DNA from: a virus
Lineage: Duplodnaviria; Caudoviricetes
Reading direction: 5' to 3' (one strand)
Length of the DNA stretch: 31,037 nt
Virus record (IMG/VR): IMGVR_UViG_3300025141_000479
Span: 1 to 31,037 of that record
In this document: positions 26,654-31,037 of the stretch, in pieces
How positions within the stretch are numbered: the stretch's first letter is position 1
Layout: each line of letters starts with the position of its first letter
Translations under genes and position numbers: made by a program
Notes under the pieces: generated by a model
The model's input: only the letters and a program-made list of their open reading frames with translations
The model's database searches: none
What the model was told of the DNA's origin: nothing

Positions 26654-27162
26654 TTCCTCTCCCTTACAAATCTCCGGCCGTCCATCGGCATCGTCTCAAT
26701 CGGCTTCAGATACTTAGCGTCCACCCTCCAGCAGGGTGTGTCCCAGTTATCCTTCCACTCCCCCACCTCCTTGGCCTCCTTGCCAAAAATCCACCCCATG
26801 AGATTTGCCGTGAACTTGTCGAACCTAACAAAGGTCATCAGCTTCTCCGGGTGATACTGACTCTTATACAGCGGCATCCCGGAGTAAGGGTGAGCAGAGG
26901 TCTTCACCTCGCACAACCCAGACAAATCCGCGCTCTCATAGTCTCCCAAAGTCGGCTCCCAGGGAACCCCCAGGTGACGAGATAGGGCCAGCTCTGCCAT
27001 GCCACCCAAAACGTAGTGGCCAAAAATCGTGCCCCATTCGCGCTTGCTCGTCCCACCGTGATGCTTCTTCGCTCCCACCGCATCCGCATACCATACCTGC
27101 TCCACCGCATGACACGCACAACGGTAAGCCTCGAGCTTCTCTAACTTTATCTCAGTCATCAA
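26650..27162 (-). CDS. Putative PD-(D/E)XK-fold nuclease-like protein (170 aa)
   Basis: GGMAELA...ADL...EVKTS spacing (E, D, ExK); RBS GGGAGGGGG upstream. Confidence 0.6.
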   Translation of the reverse strand: MMTEIKLEKLEAYRCACHAVEQVWYADAVGAKKHHGGTSKREWGTIFGHYVLGGMAELALSRHLGVPWEPTLGDYESADLSGLCEVKTSAHPYSGMPLYKSQYHPEKLMTFVRFDKFTANLMGWIFGKEAKEVGEWKDNWDTPCWRVDAKYLKPIETMPMDGRRFVRERK

Positions 27163-27241
27163 TAAAGATCCCCCTCCCAGTTAGGTCCAATGAGCGATTG
27201 TCCTGCCGTCAATCAAGCCAGCTAAGACCTACTCATGCTTG

Positions 27242-27260
27242 CCCACGCTCGCGCGTATGG
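27242..27260 (-). other. Small GNRA-tetraloop hairpin 3' of the pentamer array
   Basis: Minus strand CC(A)TACGC-GCGA-GCGTG-GG. Confidence 0.4.
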
Positions 27261-27285
27261 ACCCTTCCAGGAGGGAGAAAATTGT

Positions 27286-27780
27286 TGGCCATGCCAGCCA
27301 TGCCTTGCCCTGCCCGGCCGCGCCATGCCGAGCCACACCCAGCCAAGCCTTGCCTGCCTTGCCCTGCCCGGCCTGGCCATTCCTTGCCTCGCTGCGCCTT
27401 GCCGGGCCAGCCTTGCCATGCCTGCCCTGCCGTGCTGAACCCTGCCTTGCCCAGCCGAGCCTTGCCTGCCATGCCCAGCCGAGCCTTGCCCGGCCCTGCC
27501 ATGCCGAGCCACGCTTGGCCAAGCCTTGCCTGCCCTGTCTTGCCCAGCCATGCCTAGCCATGCCGTGCCTGCCATGCCTTGTTGTGCCCAGCCATGCCAT
27601 GCCGCGCCGAGCCTGGGCCAGCCAGGCCTTGCCTGCCATGCCATGCCCGGTCGTGCCCGGCCATGCGTTGCCCTGCCATGCCGTGCCTGCCGTGCCGGAC
27701 CAACCCGTGCCCTGCCGCGCCTAGCCGTGCCTGCCGTGCCGTGCCATGCCCAGCCTGGCCGCACCAAGCCGGACCGTGCC
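27286..27780 (-). ncRNA. GGY-NN pentamer array, putative multi-guide non-coding RNA precursor
   Basis: 495 bp parsed by hand into 91 pentamers (76 GGC-NN, 5 GGT-NN, 10 variant triplets) and 10 tetramers. Begins 6 nt after the stop of 27787-28284. The repeat structure is directly visible; RNA function is inferred. Confidence 0.75.
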
Positions 27781-27786
27781 TTAAAA

Positions 27787-28284
27787 CTATGCCGCAGCAA
27801 CGTCATCGATCGCACTAAATACTACGGCCAACTCTGAGAGACCCGCATACCTCGAACGGAATGCAGCCAAATCCCGGATCGCGCGCCCAATCAACCGGTC
27901 ACGCTCAAGAGGATCCGATAAAATGTCCTCAGTCGTCCGGTAAGAGCGCTGTGGAATCCCCAACTTAACCACCTGGTCCTTCGTCGCAACACGTAACTCA
28001 TACTGACGAGCCTCAACATTCGGCGCCTCCTCACGCACAACATGAAGCGAACGAATCATCGTGCGAGCAGTATACTTCCGGTGCTCGTGAGCCGCGATCG
28101 AATCGCTCCACTCAAACTCCTCGTGGATCGGAGACTCCTCCTTCTCAGCCTCCTCCACCACCCCGTCAGCAGTGATCGATCCATCGTTCTCCTCGCGAAT
28201 CTTCTCAAGGCAATCAAGCGCTACATCCGCGCCCACCTTGAACCTCGCTCCCCCAGCCCACTTTACAGACTCAATCTTGCTCAC
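27787..28284 (-). CDS. Partner/accessory protein of the RAMP-like gene (165 aa), function unknown
   Basis: GTGA overlap with the upstream stop; G.IT...VV..A....SPIH..FEW.D..AA...R...AR..I motif. Confidence 0.8.
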   Translation of the reverse strand: MSKIESVKWAGGARFKVGADVALDCLEKIREENDGSITADGVVEEAEKEESPIHEEFEWSDSIAAHEHRKYTARTMIRSLHVVREEAPNVEARQYELRVATKDQVVKLGIPQRSYRTTEDILSDPLERDRLIGRAIRDLAAFRSRYAGLSELAVVFSAIDDVAAA

Positions 28285-28925
28285 GATGCAGGCTCGTCAA
28301 TCGTTTCACTCCCAGGGTCCACCTCAAAGGTGCCATTCTCCCCGTTCTTCTCAGGGCGCCACTCACCAATCCCTACCGAAAATCCAGCACGGTTCATCAA
28401 GTTTACAACATCCCCAATCGTCAGCAAATCCGCGTCATAAACAAACGAGATCTTCGCACCCCACTCAGCAAATTCAGGCCGGTAACGGAGGTCTGTCTGG
28501 TTAATCCCAACCCGAGCAATGTCCTCGCGCAACGTCGGCTCGCAACACTCCATCGGAATCAAACCAGCCGTGCGAAAACGAAGGGCCTTACGCACCGTCG
28601 TCCTAGCCAACCCAGTGTCCCTATGCGCTGCCTCAATCATCGCGGCCTTCACTGCCATCGCAGGGATCCCATACCCACCGTCCTCACACCAATAAGTCGC
28701 AGCCAAACCCTCTGCCCCAGGATTGCGCGCAACCCTAGGGATCTTCCTCCGCTCAGCCGCGGTCAGTCGTAGCATCTCCCTCGACTTCTCATCCCAGGAA
28801 TGCTGGATCAAAGGAGCAGTCCCCCGGATAGGTACCGTCGCTCGGCGCAGGTTCATCGCTTTAATCAACAACCCTCGCTTGCTCGTCGTTCCACTCTTCT
28901 TCTTCTTTTTGGTGTCCACCTTCAT
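28281..28925 (-). CDS. Stand-alone RAMP / Cas7-like RRM-fold protein (214 aa)
   Basis: First strand IRGTAPLIQH, YGIPAMAVKAAMIEAA (compare the RAMP IPGSSLKG motif), RYRPEF..W strand and C-terminal G-rich loop GFSVGIGEWRPEKNGENGTFEV. Confidence 0.75.
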   Translation of the reverse strand: MKVDTKKKKKSGTTSKRGLLIKAMNLRRATVPIRGTAPLIQHSWDEKSREMLRLTAAERRKIPRVARNPGAEGLAATYWCEDGGYGIPAMAVKAAMIEAAHRDTGLARTTVRKALRFRTAGLIPMECCEPTLREDIARVGINQTDLRYRPEFAEWGAKISFVYDADLLTIGDVVNLMNRAGFSVGIGEWRPEKNGENGTFEVDPGSETIDEPAS

Positions 28926-28945
28926 TGTATCGTTTTTTATGTTTC

Positions 28946-29039
28946 AGAAATTACTTGAGTCCCGGGTGTTGCTCAGAGGTGCCATGAAACCCGTCACGGG
29001 ATCTCCCCGTGCCCCATTCCCGGAACTCATAGAAATTAC
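28946..29039 (-). promoter_or_regulatory. Structured intergenic leader flanked by 9-bp direct repeats
   Basis: AGAAATTAC at 28946-28954 and 29031-29039; 11-bp closing stem (28956-28966 with 29019-29029); inner hairpin CACGGG-GAGAT-CCCGTG. Confidence 0.55.
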
Positions 29040-29635
29040 ACATCAATCACCTTCCCGTCCTTCTCACTCACCTCCACGCGCGCTGCCTCAATTGCCTGAC
29101 GAGCATCCTCCAAACTTACCTTGTGCTCGTGCGTAACATGAACAGCACTCTCCCCCTGGATCACTCGCTGCTTGTCAGTCGCAATCCCATAACCAAGCGA
29201 CAGGTCCTTGATCGAACACTTGTCCAGTTGTCCCTCGTCATCCAAAACTCGCTCCAACTTCCTCTCCAACGCATCAGCAGCTTTGAGCTGGATCTGCGTT
29301 GCCTTCAGACTCCGGTGAACACGCGTGGCCGTCACAATCTCGTGATGCCTCCGCTTTAAAGCCCGAATAGCATCAAAACTCGTCCCCACGTCCCGGATAA
29401 TCGTCCGCTCAGGAACCCCGCGGCACACCGCAGCCAAAATCGCACTCGCTCGCTCAGGATCCTTAGCCTCCATAAGCGATAAACCCTGCCCCTTCGACCG
29501 GTTCTTAGCCGCAACAAACTCCACGCTGTCAGCTATCTGCTGCGCCAACTTTACGTCGTCGTCTTTCCCAGGTTGAGCCAAACCAGATCCCATCGTTTGT
29601 TTCCATTTTTCCCTCCCTTTTTTAAAGAGGAACAC
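29036..29635 (-). CDS. Putative terminase small subunit-like protein
   Basis: HTH-like segment, long helix, DLSLGYGIATDK....GE motif and VIDV tail; upstream of terL on the same strand. Start uncertain. Confidence 0.5.
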   Translation of the reverse strand: MFLFKKGREKWKQTMGSGLAQPGKDDDVKLAQQIADSVEFVAAKNRSKGQGLSLMEAKDPERASAILAAVCRGVPERTIIRDVGTSFDAIRALKRRHHEIVTATRVHRSLKATQIQLKAADALERKLERVLDDEGQLDKCSIKDLSLGYGIATDKQRVIQGESAVHVTHEHKVSLEDARQAIEAARVEVSEKDGKVIDV

Positions 29636-29765
29636 TTTTCTGTTACTTTCTTACACCCTCCTGTCCACTCCTGCTGGACTCCTCTCCCCTCAATGCCCCT
29701 GTCAACCTTGCGCCGCATTTATTACAAATCCGGCGCATAGAGGTTCCCCCACCTGCCGTGGATAC

Positions 29766-29801
29766 CTAGCACACGCTCTAGCACACGCTCTAGCGCGCGC
29801 T
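29766..29801. repeat. 12-bp tandem repeat, 3 copies
   Basis: CTAGCACACGCT CTAGCACACGCT CTAGCGCGCGCT. Confidence 0.85.
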
Positions 29802-30198
29802 ACAGCTCCTCACTCCCAGTCAGCCCGGAATATTCTATAGAAGCTCGCAGAAGACCAATCTCCCGCTCCAACGTATCCAAGGCTCGCAACCTCGCTTCCT
29901 TGTGCTCATACCCCACATCCACATGAAAAGCTGAAATCTCCTTCACAATCTCTGCCCAGGTCACCCGCTTCTCAACAAAGCAGTTATCGTCCAACTGCTC
30001 TACCGCGATCCACAAACCCTCCTCCTCCGCAAGGACACTCATCCGGGGCGCCTTGTCGAAAATCACCACGTTCTCCTCGCTCGCTCCCTCCAAGAGATGC
30101 ATAGCGGCATGCTCCGCATCCTGTAGCCTCTTCAAAAGCAATACCAGGCTCGTCTGGTGCTTCCCACTACGCTGTACCTCCATATCCACTGTGCTCAT
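29800..30198 (-). CDS. Hypothetical protein (132 aa)
   Basis: ATG with GAGGTGGG upstream; the only long ORF in the interval. Confidence 0.65.
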   Translation of the reverse strand: MSTVDMEVQRSGKHQTSLVLLLKRLQDAEHAAMHLLEGASEENVVIFDKAPRMSVLAEEEGLWIAVEQLDDNCFVEKRVTWAEIVKEISAFHVDVGYEHKEARLRALDTLEREIGLLRASIEYSGLTGSEEL

Positions 30199-30669
30199 AT
30201 CCCACCTCTGACAAACCCCCCCGCAAACCGCAAGAGGAATGTCCCCCTATGTCAAAACCCACTTTCACCAATTTTTTGGATGTAAGGGAGACCGGTTCAG
30301 AAAGGGCCCGGCCGCGCCAGGCCGACCCCCTCCCCCCCTATAACTTCACACAATGTATCTAATGCAGACTCCAAGTCGGAAGTCGTTGCTGCTTAGGTAG
30401 TTGATGTGGATTTGGGGCATATACTACCACTGATACTCAATGAGTTATGACGTGGGAATTACAGCCTGGGGACCTGAAATAGGTGTTTTGACGAAAAAAG
30501 ACAAATGCTGAGAGGTTATTGAGACACGGTTGCACCGTGTGAGACCGGCCTGTTTGGGGCTTACTTGGGACCGACTGGGGGGCTCTATGGGGGGCTGGGG
30601 CCGTCTATGGCTCACATGGGATTGGGGTGCGTGGAGGGCTTTCTGACATGGTCTGGCACAATTGTGGTC

Positions 30670-30972
30670 ATGCCGAGATATGCCAAGCGTGTTGACGGGA
30701 ACCACCGGGAGGTTGTGGATGGTCTGAGGGCTTCGTTACCTGAGGCTACGGTATTTGATGCCTCTGGAGCTGGCCGGGGTTTTCCTGACCTGGTTGTGGG
30801 GTGGAAGGGCCGGAACTGGTTATTTGAGGTGAAGGATGGGTCTCGGGTTCCTAGTCGCAGGAGGCTGACTACGGCCCAGCAGGGGTGGCAGTTGGGTTGG
30901 CAGGGGCAGGTCGCGATTGTGCACAGTGCAGCGGATATATTGGCAGTGATGGCGCGTGAGGGAGCGGCCTAG
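30670..30972 (+). CDS. VRR-NUC-like PD-(D/E)XK nuclease / resolvase-like protein (100 aa)
   Basis: From ATG 30670: RVDGNH.E.V..LR...GFPDLVVG....LFEVKDG...LT..Q..W. Confidence 0.85.
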   Translation: MPRYAKRVDGNHREVVDGLRASLPEATVFDASGAGRGFPDLVVGWKGRNWLFEVKDGSRVPSRRRLTTAQQGWQLGWQGQVAIVHSAADILAVMAREGAA

Positions 30973-31037
30973 AAGGGGATTTCGTCCAGGGCATCGATCT
31001 TGTCTGTTTCGACCTTGTCGGTCTCGGCCTCCTGGGG
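30969..31037 (-). CDS. Partial gene (3' end) with an SSB-type acidic tail
   Basis: ...PQEAETDKVETDKIDALDEIPF*; the DxIPF tail is typical of single-stranded DNA-binding proteins and some other replication proteins. Confidence 0.6.
   Translation of the reverse strand, partial: PQEAETDKVETDKIDALDEIPF

Larger units (their letters stand above)
1..31037. mobile_element. Temperate tailed phage genome segment (podovirus-like morphogenesis module, integration module, terminase region)
   Basis: Integrase and att core, terminase, portal, scaffold, capsid, tail-tube-like and ejection-like genes in conserved order. Genes are tightly packed, with ATGA/GTGA overlaps. No tape-measure or sheath gene was recognised. 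Confidence 0.95.

Noticed and set aside
27286-27780. Canonical CRISPR array or simple microsatellite
   Set aside because: There are no 23-47 bp identical repeats with unique spacers, so it is not CRISPR. Variation is concentrated at two of five positions with regular punctuation, unlike a simple satellite.
27198-27837. Multiple overlapping ORFs (A/R/G/W/H-rich or P/C/A-rich) across the pentamer array
   Set aside because: They are open on both strands and in several frames only because the repeat rarely makes stop codons. A period of 5 with 4-nt phase breaks argues against codon-level constraint.
28955-29030. TPP riboswitch or hammerhead ribozyme in the leader
   Set aside because: There is only a CTGAG-like fragment; the second TPP half and the CUGANGA/GAAA hammerhead core are absent.
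29670-29710. Sigma70 promoter from a minus-strand TTGACA
   Set aside because: No acceptable -10 hexamer at 16-18 bp spacing.
30445-30705. 86-aa minus-strand ORF and the 35-aa N-terminal extension of the VRR-NUC-like gene
   Set aside because: They lie in the compositionally skewed gap and have no motifs; the nuclease domain begins at ATG 30670.

Overview
The whole window reads as part of a temperate, short-tailed (podovirus-like) dsDNA phage genome; I see no clear host genes. From the left: an attP-like site (3' half of a tRNA-Asn between arm-type repeats), a tyrosine integrase and an excisionase-like gene. A long minus-strand virion/packaging module follows: a 2151-aa polyvalent ejection-type protein, other internal virion proteins, tail/nozzle genes, a DUF5309/SU10-type major capsid gene with a 1-nt frameshift near its 3' end, scaffold, portal, a metallophosphoesterase cluster and the large terminase. 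The most striking element lies between the putative small and large terminase genes. It is a stand-alone RAMP/Cas7-like gene (28281-28925), a translationally coupled 165-aa partner gene (27787-28284) and, 6 nt past the partner's stop, a 495-bp array of GGY-NN pentamers cut into 9 blocks by tetramers (27286-27780). This is not a CRISPR array, but it looks like a phage-encoded RNA-guided system whose guide information sits in the variable dinucleotides. All product calls come from motif recognition by eye and gene context; no database search was run.
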